Positions 52,013 to 62,000 of a DNA stretch of 64,000 bases are shown one piece after another. This DNA comes from Chloroflexota bacterium. GTDB lineage: Bacteria > Chloroflexota > UBA11872 > VXOZ01. The translations under genes and the position numbers were made by a program. Positions within the stretch are counted from its first letter, which is position 1, and each line of letters opens with the position of its first letter. The notes under the pieces were generated by a model. The model worked only from the letters and a program-made list of their open reading frames with translations, had not been told where the DNA came from and made no database searches. The stretch lies in the NCBI GenBank assembly GCA_964291655.2, contig OZ219802.1, positions 544,001-608,000 on the forward strand, written 5' to 3'.

Positions 52013-52462
52013 CTACGTGGCAGCGACGGGTACCTTCTCGCCTTGCACCCTGGTGTAAACGCGCTCAGTCAGGCTGCCCTCAATCGGCGCCGGCTCTCCG
52101 AGGCGGATGCTCTCCTCAACGTAGCTGAAGAGCGCATCAATGTCTGACCTGGAGTTCATCCGCTGGAACCACAGCCCGCTGCCATAGAGGTACATGAAGA
52201 CATTGTTACCCAGACTGCATGGACCCAGGCAGCCACCGCCGTCATCAGCCGTGAACACGATGTTCACGTGCTCTGAGATCCCCCGGCGACGTGCCTCGCG
52301 CAAGTAGTGGGCCTTTTCGAGTCGGGGGTGAGTATATCCATTACCGCAGCAGCAGGCTTCGCACACAAAGAGCACGCCGGCCATCATTTGCAGAAGTTCC
52401 TGACCGCCTTCCAACGTGGGCACCATCTTTAGATCGGGACGACTGCGAAAATCCCTCATCAC
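52013..52462 (-). CDS. Cys-rich thioredoxin-like (2Fe-2S) ferredoxin-domain protein
   Basis: FVCEACCCG and GCLGPC motifs followed by LWF. Confidence 0.65.
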   Translation of the reverse strand: MMRDFRSRPDLKMVPTLEGGQELLQMMAGVLFVCEACCCGNGYTHPRLEKAHYLREARRRGISEHVNIVFTADDGGGCLGPCSLGNNVFMYLYGSGLWFQRMNSRSDIDALFSYVEESIRLGEPAPIEGSLTERVYTRVQGEKVPVAAT

Positions 52463-52729
52463 CTAGTCCTCTGTTAAAGCTTCGGACTCTCGTTATGTAG
52501 CTTACATTCACAAACTATTCGCCAACGACTGCGCGACCACCCACAAATGCCAGTTAAGGACATGCGTCAGCCGCAACCAAAGCGCAGTAATCTACATTCA
52601 AGCTATCAGAAACTGCGAATAGTTGTCAACTAACTCTAACGGACCCTCTTGACGACGCCGCGGAATTCGTGATATAAGATACAAGCAGAGCGCTGACTCG
52701 TACCGAATTAAGAGACGATTTGAGCATCC

Positions 52730-52825
52730 ATGAGCGACGCTGCGAACCCCAATAGCCTTGCGCTTCGCGGCGGTCACACGAATGTGTTGTGGCCGCCAGT
52801 GTTAGTATTCCTTGTAGCCGCTTAG
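52730..52825 (+). CDS. Putative ilv leader peptide (31 aa, MSDAANPNSLALRGGHTNVLWPPVLVFLVAA)
   Basis: 4 Val and 3 Leu in codons 19-29; lies between a promoter-like TTGACG-18-TATAAG (52649-52678) and an intrinsic terminator. Confidence 0.65.
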   Translation: MSDAANPNSLALRGGHTNVLWPPVLVFLVAA

Positions 52826-53046
52826 GCGGCGCAAGATTGAACACACATATACCATTACCAGTGGGACGGCAGCATTCCCCAGTACCGAACAAAGAGATGT
52901 GATGCACGAGCGAGAACGCGGTCGCCGGAATAGTGATCCAGAAATCTTGGCGCCGACCGCGCTCCCGGAGCGACAAAGCGAGACTTATTGTTCGAGTTGA
53001 AGTGCGAAGTTAGGATGCCCGTCCCCAACCAAGGGACGGGTTTTTT
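52792..53046 (+). promoter_or_regulatory. Putative transcription attenuator of the ilv-leu operon
   Basis: Terminator CCCGTCCC/GGGACGGG plus T6 (53018-53046); 52863-52877 (GGGACGG-CA-GCATTC) is complementary to 53013-53025. Confidence 0.7.
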
Positions 53047-53084
53047 GTTAGCACAGAGTCGAAGACAATTGGATACGCACAATA

Positions 53085-53429
53085 ATGCTAGGTGAGTTTC
53101 AAGAGACTTCCGCAGACATGCAATTTGAGCCGGACCGGCTCTATATAGGGTATCGCTGGGGTAGGCGGGCCGTGATCACGGGATTTCTTGCCTTTTCCGC
53201 TGCGATTCTTATCTTTGGAGTTTTCGCGCTATTGCTCTTAGGAATTCCAATTGCGCTGATCACTGGGTTGATGGAAGGCAGCTGGCAAGCAACCGAACGG
53301 GCGCTCACGCAACTACGGCGCATCAGTCCAATCTTGCTTGCCGCAGAACTTGCGATAGCTTGGGTGCTCGTGGCGCTGTTTCTCATCTTGCGCCGTGTGT
53401 TAGCAAAATTTGGCGCAGCCGCAGTGTAA
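53085..53429 (+). CDS. Hypothetical membrane protein
   Basis: 114-aa ORF with two long hydrophobic segments; no family recognised. Confidence 0.55.
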   Translation: MLGEFQETSADMQFEPDRLYIGYRWGRRAVITGFLAFSAAILIFGVFALLLLGIPIALITGLMEGSWQATERALTQLRRISPILLAAELAIAWVLVALFLILRRVLAKFGAAAV

Positions 53430-53685
53430 GTAAATACTAAAGAGCAAAAGCAATTGCTTGACAATAGGTGGCTTGGCTAGAATCATGAAGTGGATCGGTA
53501 TGCTATCAGCAATGGAGGCATTCTACTGCAGGACATCGTGCTCCAGGCCTATGGGGCGGACGACGTCGTGCGGGGCAGTATCTCACCTTTCGGCGCCAGA
53601 GCGGCACGAAAAACGTTGATACGGCCAGTAGGTCAACCGTAAAACCAAGACGAGTAAAAAGATTGAAGAAAGAGGTCGGGAGCAA

Positions 53686-55389
53686 ATGAAACGGACAGGT
53701 GCAGAGATCATCTTGGATAGCTTGGTGGCACACGGCGTGCACACCGTATTTGGGTATCCCGGAGGCGCGTGCCTGCCTTTGTATGATGCCCTCTACCATT
53801 ACCAGGACAGAATCAACCACATCCTTGTGCGCCATGAGCAAGGTGCCGCCTTCGCAGCCGACGGCTATGCCCGCGCCAGTGCTGACGTCGGCGTGTGTAT
53901 CGCAACCAGCGGACCGGGTGTTACCAATCTCGTTACCGGTATCGCGGGAGCCCACATGGATTCCGTGCCTGTGGTTGCCCTCACCGGCCAGGTACCGCGC
54001 AATCTGCTCGGCACAGACGGCTTCCAGGAAACCGACGCTACCGGCGTCATGCTACCGATTACGAAGCACAACTGGCTTGTTATGAATGCCGAAGAGCTTC
54101 CCCGCGTAATGGAAGAGGCCTTCCACATTGCCAACACAGGACGCAAGGGCCCGGTGCAGGTGGACGTTCCCAAGGACGTCTTCCTGGAGGAAGTTGAGTT
54201 CGACAACTTTCCGCCGCCCAACATTCCCGGTTACAACCCGGATGAGGGCATGCAACCTGATCCAACACTTGTGCGCGAAGCAGCAGAAGTGATCCACGGA
54301 TCAGAGAAGCCAATCATCCTGGCGGGCCACGGCATACACTATTCCGGCGCCTACGATGAATTGCTGGCATTTGCCGAGAAAGCAAATATTCCCGTCATCA
54401 CGACACTCCACGGCGTCTCGTCTTTCCCGGAAAGCCATGATCTTTCGTTTGGCATGGTTGGCATGCACGGCAATATCTACGCCAACTGGGCCGTGGACCG
54501 CGCAGACCTCCTCATCTCCTTGGGTATGCGCTTCGATGACCGCGTAACAGGCCGCCTTGAGGATTTTGCGACAGAGGCGCGCATCATCCACGTGGACATC
54601 GACCCGGCGGAAATCGGCAAGAACGTGAACACAGACGTTGGCATCGTGGCTGATCTCAAGCCCACCATTCGCGCGCTCATCGATGAAATCGGCCAACTCG
54701 ACCACAGCCCTTGGGTAAAGCAGATCTGCCAGTGGCGTGAGGACCATCCCAGCCTCGCAATCCGCGAGACCGAGATCGTGCTGCCGCAGTGGGTTATTCG
54801 CCAGATCTACCACATCACTAATGGCGAGGCCGTGGTAGTCACCGACGTCGGGCAAGCGCAAATGTGGGCCGCGCAGCACTTCTGGTACGACCGGCGCAAT
54901 ACCTTCTTCTCGTCGGGCGGCCTCGGCGCAATGGGATACGCCTTCCCCGCATCAATCGGCGTCAAGTATGCACGTCCTAATGAGCAGGTCTGGTGCATTA
55001 TCGGTGACGGCGGCTTCCAGATGACGCTGCAAGACCTTGCCGTCGTCAAAGAGCACAACATCGACGTGAAGATTGCCATCATCAACAACAACCATCTCGG
55101 CATGATCCGGCAATGGCAGACCCTCTTCTACGATAGCCGCTTTATGAGCGCCAAGTTGGAAAACCCGGACTTCGTGAAGCTGGCCGAGGCTTACGGTCTG
55201 CCCGGCCTTCGCGCTTCTACGAAGAGCGACGTGGTCAAAGTGCTGAAAGAGGCGGAAAAGATCCCCGGTCCGGTGGTGCTCGATCTGGTTGTGGACGAAG
55301 TCGAGAAGGTCTACCCGATGGTGCCGGCAGGTTCGAGCCTCGCCGAGACGATCGAGGGTGACGAAGTGGAAGAGGCGAGGTACGCATGA
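53686..55389 (+). CDS. ilvB: Acetolactate synthase large subunit
   Basis: FGYPGG, RHEQGA, TSGPG, RFDDRVTG and GDGGFQM...NN motifs. Confidence 0.97.
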   Translation: MKRTGAEIILDSLVAHGVHTVFGYPGGACLPLYDALYHYQDRINHILVRHEQGAAFAADGYARASADVGVCIATSGPGVTNLVTGIAGAHMDSVPVVALTGQVPRNLLGTDGFQETDATGVMLPITKHNWLVMNAEELPRVMEEAFHIANTGRKGPVQVDVPKDVFLEEVEFDNFPPPNIPGYNPDEGMQPDPTLVREAAEVIHGSEKPIILAGHGIHYSGAYDELLAFAEKANIPVITTLHGVSSFPESHDLSFGMVGMHGNIYANWAVDRADLLISLGMRFDDRVTGRLEDFATEARIIHVDIDPAEIGKNVNTDVGIVADLKPTIRALIDEIGQLDHSPWVKQICQWREDHPSLAIRETEIVLPQWVIRQIYHITNGEAVVVTDVGQAQMWAAQHFWYDRRNTFFSSGGLGAMGYAFPASIGVKYARPNEQVWCIIGDGGFQMTLQDLAVVKEHNIDVKIAIINNNHLGMIRQWQTLFYDSRFMSAKLENPDFVKLAEAYGLPGLRASTKSDVVKVLKEAEKIPGPVVLDLVVDEVEKVYPMVPAGSSLAETIEGDEVEEARYA

Positions 55390-55907
55390 GACACGTCCTA
55401 ATCGCAGACGTCGAAGACCATCCCGGCGTTCTCAACCGCATAGCCAGCCTCTTCCGTAAACGTGCATACAACATCGAGAGCCTGGCCGTCGGCCACTCGC
55501 ACCGGCCGGGCATCTCGCGCATGACAATTGTCGTGGCGGAAGAACACAAAGAAGCAATTCAAGTGGCCAAGCAGCTGGACAAATTGATCGAGGTGCTTTC
55601 GGTCACCGATGTTACGGAGCACCGCCACGTTTCTCGTGAAATGGCTCTGGCCAAGATAGCCGCTCCCGAGATGAAGCGCACTGAAATCTTGCAACTTGCC
55701 AATGTCTACCGCGCCCAAGTGGTAGACGTGTCGCCCGGCAGCATCATACTCGAGATTACGGGAGACGAAGACAAGATCGACTCGTTTGTGGAGATCATTC
55801 GCCCGTACGGCATTCTTGAATTGAGCCGCACCGGGGAGGTCGCCATGGTACGAGGACGCGCTATGCCCACGCCGACAGTTGTGGCGGAAGAGGGCCCGGC
55901 GGCGTAG
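55386..55907 (+). CDS. ilvN: Acetolactate synthase small subunit
   Basis: PGVLNRI, YNIESLAVG and KQLDKLIEV (ACT domain). Confidence 0.95.
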   Translation: MRHVLIADVEDHPGVLNRIASLFRKRAYNIESLAVGHSHRPGISRMTIVVAEEHKEAIQVAKQLDKLIEVLSVTDVTEHRHVSREMALAKIAAPEMKRTEILQLANVYRAQVVDVSPGSIILEITGDEDKIDSFVEIIRPYGILELSRTGEVAMVRGRAMPTPTVVAEEGPAA

Positions 55908-56002
55908 CACTGGCTTAGCCTACATGTGGGCCGCCTCATAATTGCGAGGCGGCCCACTGCTTGAAGAGATCAAACAAGTATTGGGAGCGAAGAGAGGGTA
56001 CT

Positions 56003-56998
56003 GTGGTTCAGGTCTACTACGACGAAGACGCAAACATCGATCTGCTCAATGACAAGACAATTGGCATCATTGGCTACGGCAGCCAGGGGCACGCCCACGC
56101 GCTCAACCTGCGCGACAGCGGTTGCACTGTCATGGTGGGACTGTACGAAGGCAGTCGCTCGTGGTCCAAAGTAGAGAGCGACGGTCTTCAAGTTGGCACA
56201 ACTGACGAGGTGGCGCGGCAGGCCGACCTCATCATGATGCTCACGCCGGATACGGTGCAGCCCAGCCTCTATCAGGAGTCAATTGCCCCCCACTTGCGTT
56301 CCGGTCAGGTGCTCCTCTTCGCCCATGGTTTTAACATCCACTTTCAGCAAATCGTTCCCCCCGCCACTGTAGATGTGAGCATGGTTGCTCCTAAAGCCCC
56401 AGGCCACCGCATGCGCGCCACATTCGAAGAAGGCAACGGCGTGCCTGGATTGCTGGCTATCCAGCAGGATGCCAGTGGCAACGCCCGGGAAGTAACGCTG
56501 GCCTATGCCCGTGGCATTGGCTGCACCCGCGCTGGTGTGCTGAATACGACATTCAAGGAAGAGACGGAGACCGATCTCTTCGGCGAACAGACCGTCCTCT
56601 GCGGCGGTGTGAGCGCATTGGTGAAGGCGGCCTTCGAAATCCTGGTGGATGCCGGCTACCAACCGGAAGTCGCATATTTTGAGTGCATGCACGAGCTCAA
56701 GCTCATTGTGGACCTCTTCTACCAGGGCGGCCTCAACTATATGCGGTACTCGGTGAGCGAAACCGCCGAATACGGCGACTACAGCCGCGGACCCCGTGTG
56801 GTGGACGACCACGTCAAGGAGAAAATGCACGAGATCCTAAATGAGATCCAGAACGGAGAATTCGCCCGTGAGTGGATTCTTGAGAACATGGCCGGACGCC
56901 CGGCTTTCAACGCCTACCGTGAAATGGACAAGACGCACCAGATTGAAACCGTCGGCAAGAACCTGCGGGCCATGATGCCGTGGCTCGATCCCAAGTAG
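56003..56998 (+). CDS. ilvC: Ketol-acid reductoisomerase
   Basis: [23 protein letters not shown] and AYFECMHE motifs. Confidence 0.97.
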   Translation: MVQVYYDEDANIDLLNDKTIGIIGYGSQGHAHALNLRDSGCTVMVGLYEGSRSWSKVESDGLQVGTTDEVARQADLIMMLTPDTVQPSLYQESIAPHLRSGQVLLFAHGFNIHFQQIVPPATVDVSMVAPKAPGHRMRATFEEGNGVPGLLAIQQDASGNAREVTLAYARGIGCTRAGVLNTTFKEETETDLFGEQTVLCGGVSALVKAAFEILVDAGYQPEVAYFECMHELKLIVDLFYQGGLNYMRYSVSETAEYGDYSRGPRVVDDHVKEKMHEILNEIQNGEFAREWILENMAGRPAFNAYREMDKTHQIETVGKNLRAMMPWLDPK

Positions 56999-57219
56999 GT
57001 ACCTTCGAGGATACGCATTCAATGGGAATCCCGCTGTATCCATCAGTCTTCCCTCTGCCATCTCTAATCAAAAAGGAGCGTGGTCTCAGGCCCACCCGGC
57101 GCCAAGGCATAGCTGCCCTGGTAAGCTGGCGGGCCTGCTCACTTGCCACACCCGCCGCCTCGCATCGACGTGCTTTTGGCACACTGTGTACTTTCGTGAA
57201 TTAGAGGACTTTATCCAGC

Positions 57220-58785
57220 ATGCGAACACTACAGATATTCGATACTACGCTGCGTGATGGTGAGCAAGCAGCGGGTGGGTCTTTGACGGTAGATGAAAAG
57301 CTGTACCTCGGCCAGCAACTGGAACGACTCGGCGTAGACATTCTTGAGGCCGGCTTTCCCCGCACTTCTCCCGGCGATTTCCAGGCCGTGCAACTCTTGG
57401 CAAAGAAACTGCGTGACGTCCAGATTTGCGCGCTTTCCGGCTTTAAGCCGGACCAGGTCGAGGCCGCTTGGGGCGCTATCAAAGAAGGTGAAGCACCCCG
57501 CATCCATGTCTTCATCTCATCGAGCGATATCCACCTGGAACGACAATTGCGAATGACTCGCCAGGAAGTCAGAGAGGCAGCAATCGCGTGCGTCGAACAG
57601 GCGGTGGGATATTGCTCCAATGTCGAGTTCTCGGCGATGGATGCCACGCGCAGCGATTGGGACTACTTATGTCAGCTATTTGGCGATGCTATTGCAGCAG
57701 GGGCCAAGGTCGTAAACGTGCCCGATACGATGGGATACACCCAGCCGGATGAATTCGCTGAACTCCTGCAGTACCTGCGAGCGAACACACCCGGTATCGA
57801 CAACGTAACAATCTCCGTCCATTGCCATAACGACCTCGGACAGGCCAACTCCAATTCGCTGATCGCCATCATCAACGGCGTGGATCAAATCGAATGCACG
57901 ATCAATGGCGTTGGGGAACGCGCCGGAAATGCATCTCTTGAAGAGGTAGTGATGAATACCACCGTGCGCAAAGACTTTTTCAAAGTAACGCACGGCATCA
58001 ACACAGAGGAAATCTACCGCACGAGCCGGATGGTGAGCGACTTGATGAACATGCCGGTGCAGCCTAACAAGGCTGTCGTGGGCGCAAACGCATTCGCGCA
58101 CTCTTCCGGCCTGCATCAGGACGGCATGCTGAAGGACCGGCAAACGTATGAGATTATGACACCCCAGAGTGTGGGCATGGGCAGTAGCCGGATCGTCCTC
58201 GGCAAGACCAGCGGTCGGCACGCCTTCCGCGACCAGCTTGCGAAGATGGGCTATCACCTCAGTGAAGAGGAGTTTCAGGAAGCCTTTGATCGCTTCAAGG
58301 ACCTGGCCGACAAGCGCCGCAACGTCACGGAGCGAGACATCGAGGCGCTGCTCTCAAGCGATGTGCTCCACGCCAAAGAGTACTTTCACCTTGATCACAT
58401 TCAGGTGAGTTGCGGCGATAAGAGCATCCCGACCGCTACCGTACGCATCATCGATGAAGAGGACCGTGTCTTGGAAGATGCGGCATTGGGCGATGGACCG
58501 GTGGATGCGGTCTGCAAGGCCATCAATCGCATCGTCAACGTACCGGCTGAACTCACTGAATTCCGTGTTCAGGCCGTTACCGAAGGTATCGATGCGCAAG
58601 GTGAGGTGAGCATTCGTCTTGAGAGTGAGGGTGTGTCTGTGACCGGCTACGGCGCTGATACGGACATCATTGTCGCCAGCGCCAAGGCATACATGAATGC
58701 CCTCAACAAGCATATCTCTGCGCAAAGTGTCGCTGAAGCGCAGGCAGACGCGACGCCGGTGGCTGCTGCCGGGTCACACTCGTAA
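57220..58785 (+). CDS. leuA: 2-isopropylmalate synthase
   Basis: DTTLRDGEQ, HCHNDLG, GERAGN and HQDG motifs; C-terminal regulatory domain GDGPVDA. Confidence 0.95.
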   Translation: MRTLQIFDTTLRDGEQAAGGSLTVDEKLYLGQQLERLGVDILEAGFPRTSPGDFQAVQLLAKKLRDVQICALSGFKPDQVEAAWGAIKEGEAPRIHVFISSSDIHLERQLRMTRQEVREAAIACVEQAVGYCSNVEFSAMDATRSDWDYLCQLFGDAIAAGAKVVNVPDTMGYTQPDEFAELLQYLRANTPGIDNVTISVHCHNDLGQANSNSLIAIINGVDQIECTINGVGERAGNASLEEVVMNTTVRKDFFKVTHGINTEEIYRTSRMVSDLMNMPVQPNKAVVGANAFAHSSGLHQDGMLKDRQTYEIMTPQSVGMGSSRIVLGKTSGRHAFRDQLAKMGYHLSEEEFQEAFDRFKDLADKRRNVTERDIEALLSSDVLHAKEYFHLDHIQVSCGDKSIPTATVRIIDEEDRVLEDAALGDGPVDAVCKAINRIVNVPAELTEFRVQAVTEGIDAQGEVSIRLESEGVSVTGYGADTDIIVASAKAYMNALNKHISAQSVAEAQADATPVAAAGSHS

Positions 58786-58840
58786 GCCAAACTTTCGTTT
58801 GAGCGACCAACGAAGCATCGCCACATAGCTCTACAGCCAA

Positions 58841-58884
58841 AGCGGAGGCGGGTCAAATGGATCCCGCCTCCGCTCTTTCTCTTT
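58841..58884 (+). terminator. Intrinsic terminator after leuA
   Basis: AGCGGAGGCGGG / CCCGCCTCCGCT stem followed by CTTTCTCTTT. Confidence 0.75.
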
Positions 58885-58989
58885 CAGATATCTTTTTGGT
58901 AATGAGTAGCTTTAGGCTTCGGTTGGAAAGAAGTAAGACGTGTGATCGTCTGCAGGTCTGAGCCACCTACCAACTGTCATTCTTGTAAG

Positions 58990-59218
58990 TGTTAGGTAAT
59001 TCGTTGATAGAATTCGCTTTCCCGTAGAAAGCGCTACAAGGCCCTGTCATTCCGAGCGTAGCGAGGAATCTAGGGTCCCTGCTCAACGCACTTCCACGGC
59101 CTCAGCACTCTAGATTCCTCACTCCGCTACGCTCCGTTCGGAATGACATGTATGTAGGCAAGCACAGAGTTCTGCTCCCATGTTTCTTCTACCTAATCTG
59201 TCAACGTATTACCTGACA
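58990..59218. mobile_element. Second MITE-like element enclosing an inverted REP-like pair
   Basis: Imperfect 22-bp terminal inverted repeats TGTTAGGTAATTCGTTGATAGA / TGTCAGGTAATACGTTGACAGA; internal TGTCATTCCGAGCGTAGCGAGGAATCTAG ... CTAGATTCCTC...GTTCGGAATGACA. Confidence 0.65.
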
Positions 59219-59221
59219 TTT

Positions 59222-59311
59222 ACAATTCTGAGGAGCGCAGCGACGAAGAGTCTAGAATCGGGCGCTCTTCGTGTTTCCGCGAACCCTGTTCGACGCTGCG
59301 TTCGGAATGAC
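59222..59311. repeat. Degenerate second copy of the GTCATTCCGAGCG..GAGGAATCT-type REP pair
   Basis: CAATTCTGAGGAGCGCAGCGACGAAGAGTCT ... CGCTGCGTTCGGAATGAC. Confidence 0.55.
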
Positions 59312-59430
59312 GCGAATGAGCCTGCAAAGTCTACAAGTCTATATCTACAAAATCCGATCAATTCTTGACCGTGTCTGCGTGCGGCGATTTGTTGTCACAT
59401 CATGAATCATGCGCGCGACGATCTAAAGTG

Positions 59431-60102
59431 CTATGTGCCGTCTGGCCCGCGCCCCCGGCGAATTTCGATGCGTACGTCTCCCGGCTTCTCCACTCCTTTG
59501 AGCGCGGACAGCATACCTTGGATGCCGCCGGATATTACCGCGCTGGCAAAGGCATTAATCGGGACCTCCTCACCATCGACCGTGAGCCGAATCGCGTCGC
59601 GTTCCGGGTCCGGGCACGCATAGCGCTCGACCAGGAATGCCGCTAATCCATGCGAGTCGTTAGACCGGTACGTAGGAATAGAGAGTGTCATTTCGCCGTC
59701 GCTCACGACGGCCACAAGTTGCTCTTCCGCAAGCAGCAGATCCGGCCCTAGATCGCTACGGTGCACCTCTATCTTTGGGTTTTTCGACCGCTTGTAGCCT
59801 TCAACCAATACGAAGTCATACCCCAACATTGGCAGCAATCCCACGAGCTGTGGGAGTGAAGCGTCATGAGACACTTTGCAGAAAATGACGGCGTCCCCAG
59901 GCCCGCTAAGCACCACCGTTTCTGCGCCAGAATGTGCCAGGCGCCAGGAGTCGCTGCCCTCTCGGTCCAACGTAAAGCCATGCGCGGCATGTTTAATCAC
60001 CGCGACCCGCCGTCCACGCTCCTGCAGGCACGGGATGAGTTTTTCCAGGAGCGTCGTCTTCCCCGCATTATGCTTTCCGACTATGCAAACCACGGGGATC
60101 AC
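59431..60102 (-). CDS. mobB: Molybdopterin-guanine dinucleotide biosynthesis protein B with C-terminal extension
   Basis: GKHNAGKTTL, AVIKH, DSWR and LVEGYK motifs. Confidence 0.92.
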   Translation of the reverse strand: MIPVVCIVGKHNAGKTTLLEKLIPCLQERGRRVAVIKHAAHGFTLDREGSDSWRLAHSGAETVVLSGPGDAVIFCKVSHDASLPQLVGLLPMLGYDFVLVEGYKRSKNPKIEVHRSDLGPDLLLAEEQLVAVVSDGEMTLSIPTYRSNDSHGLAAFLVERYACPDPERDAIRLTVDGEEVPINAFASAVISGGIQGMLSALKGVEKPGDVRIEIRRGRGPDGT

Positions 60103-60276
60103 GACACGGACTCCCTAGCTCGTTGCCTGCGCCGGTCTGCCTCTGCATCCGGCAGCGTCACGATGGAAAGAGCAAAGCCAAGCAAGAATGCCTTGGTCGC
60201 TATACCCAAGCAAGTCATGCGACTCCTGTTTCCTAAATGGGTGTGGGTGAAGTTGTCAGCGGAGCAACGTTTATGG

Positions 60277-60439
60277 TTCGACAAGCCTGTACTGAGCTTG
60301 TCGAAGTGCTCACCACGAAGGGAAGAAACGAGAATTCGTCAGTAGAATTTCGTTAATAAAGTCGGTGTTCGTTCATCCTGAGCCTACCTGTCATGGGTAT
60401 GCCTGTCGTGAGCATGTCGCAGGACGGAAGGATGAACGG
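60277..60439. repeat. REP-like units (TTCGACAAGCTCA / CTGAGCCT..GAAGG family) with nested insertions
   Basis: TTCGACAAGC[23 nt]TCACCACGAA and GTTCATCCTGAGCCT[insert]GGAAGGATGAAC. Confidence 0.6.
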
Positions 60440-60459
60440 ATACCCTCTTCACGTACGCT

Positions 60460-61567
60460 CTAGGTTTTTCCTCGCGCTCCCTGCCGGCGATTCTCAGCTT
60501 GCTGCCTGAGAAAGGCCTCAACGAAGTCATCGATAGCGCCATCCATCACAGCGCGCGTATTCCCGGTTTCAACTCCGGTGCGGAGGTCTTTGACCATGGT
60601 GTAGGGATGCAACACATACGAACGAATTTGGTTGCCCCATTCAGCGCTGGTATGCTCACCCTTGAGAGCCGCCTGTTCGGCCTGCTGCTCTTGCAGCTTC
60701 CGCTCCAAAAGGCGTGCGCGCAGAATGCGCATGGCTGCCTCGCGGTTTTGCAGTTGCGAGCGTTCATTTTGGCACGAGACGACAATGCCGCTGGGCGCAT
60801 GTGTAATGCGCACCGCCGAGTTGGTCTTGTTTACATGCTGCCCGCCCGCCCCACTGGCGCGAAACGTATCGAGACGCACGTCGTCGGGGTTGATCTCAAC
60901 CGTGACGTCATCATCGATCACGGGAAGCGCCTCTACGAGTGCGAAAGACGTGTGCCGGCGGTGGTTGGCATCAAACGGCGACAGTCGCACAAGACGGTGC
61001 ACGCCGTGCTCGGACTTAAGCCGGCCGTAGGCAAATGGCCCGCTCACCTGCAACGTCACGCTCTTGATGCCGGCCTCTTCACCGGGGGTGCTATCCAAAA
61101 TCTCCGGCCTGTGCTCGTGCGTCTCCGCCCAGCGGATGTACATGCGGAGGAGCATCTCGACCCAGTCCTGCGAATCAGTTCCGCCTGCGCCCGCATGCAA
61201 GGAAAGGAGCGCGTCACGCTCATCGTACGTGCCTTGAAAGAGCGTCTGTATCTCGCGCTTCTCGCCATCGGCTTCCAGCCGGCCCACCTCGGAGTCAAGC
61301 TCTGTTTCGAGCGCTGGATCGTCGAGCGCGGCAAACTCCTGCAACGCCTCGACTTCCGCGAAGAACCCATTCCAATCATCCGCCATGCGGCGCACCGCCG
61401 CGAGCCGCTGCATCACGCGCTGTGCGTCTACCGGTGTATTCCATAGTCCCGGGTCAAGCGATTGTTCCTCCAGTTCGGCAATCTCTACGTCCCACGCCGC
61501 CAGGTCAAAGGCGCCTCCGAAGTTCGTCTGCACGAGCGCTTAGTGCGGCTATTCTCTCATTGATCAT
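60460..61567 (-). CDS. prfB: Peptide chain release factor 2 with programmed +1 frameshift
   Basis: GGQ and SPF motifs; 20-codon first frame from ATG 61567 ends GGAGG-CGC-CTT-TGA-C (slip site 61510-61504). Confidence 0.96.
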
Positions 61568-62000
61568 GTTCTTCGCTCTCTCGAGGTTTTCCTCACGGTG
61601 CTAAGACAGAGTTTTCACGTTATGTCGAGATACAATATTGGGAGCCACAACCGTTTATTCGCTCTCACACCTCAACGGAGTAGAACCGTGAGCCCCTGCA
61701 CTGCCTGCAACCAAGGTTGCCGAGTCGCGCGAAGTCGTTGTAGCTTGCCTAGTGCCCGTTGATTAAATCACAGGCACTAGAGTCGGTCAAACACTTCACA
61801 GACTCTGGCGCTGCAAAGATTGGCGCAAGCAAGTGACAACATACTGAGGCAGACCAAATTCAGGCTCTCGACCTCGTGTAACCTGCGGTGGCAAATGTCA
61901 TCACCTTACGGTATGCTGATATCTACCGTGCGGCCGGCCTCGCCGCACGCCTACAATAGGCTTGAGCAAGAACCCACACCTGCTGCTGAGGAAAGCGCAC

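Noticed and set aside
52830-53046. T-box riboswitch upstream of ilvB
   Set aside because: No GGTGGNACC T-box sequence; a leader-peptide model fits better
60499-61446. 315-aa plus-strand ORF and similar long antisense ORFs over acs, suf and ilv genes
   Set aside because: Shadow ORFs expected from codon bias in GC-rich DNA; the opposite strand carries clear conserved proteins
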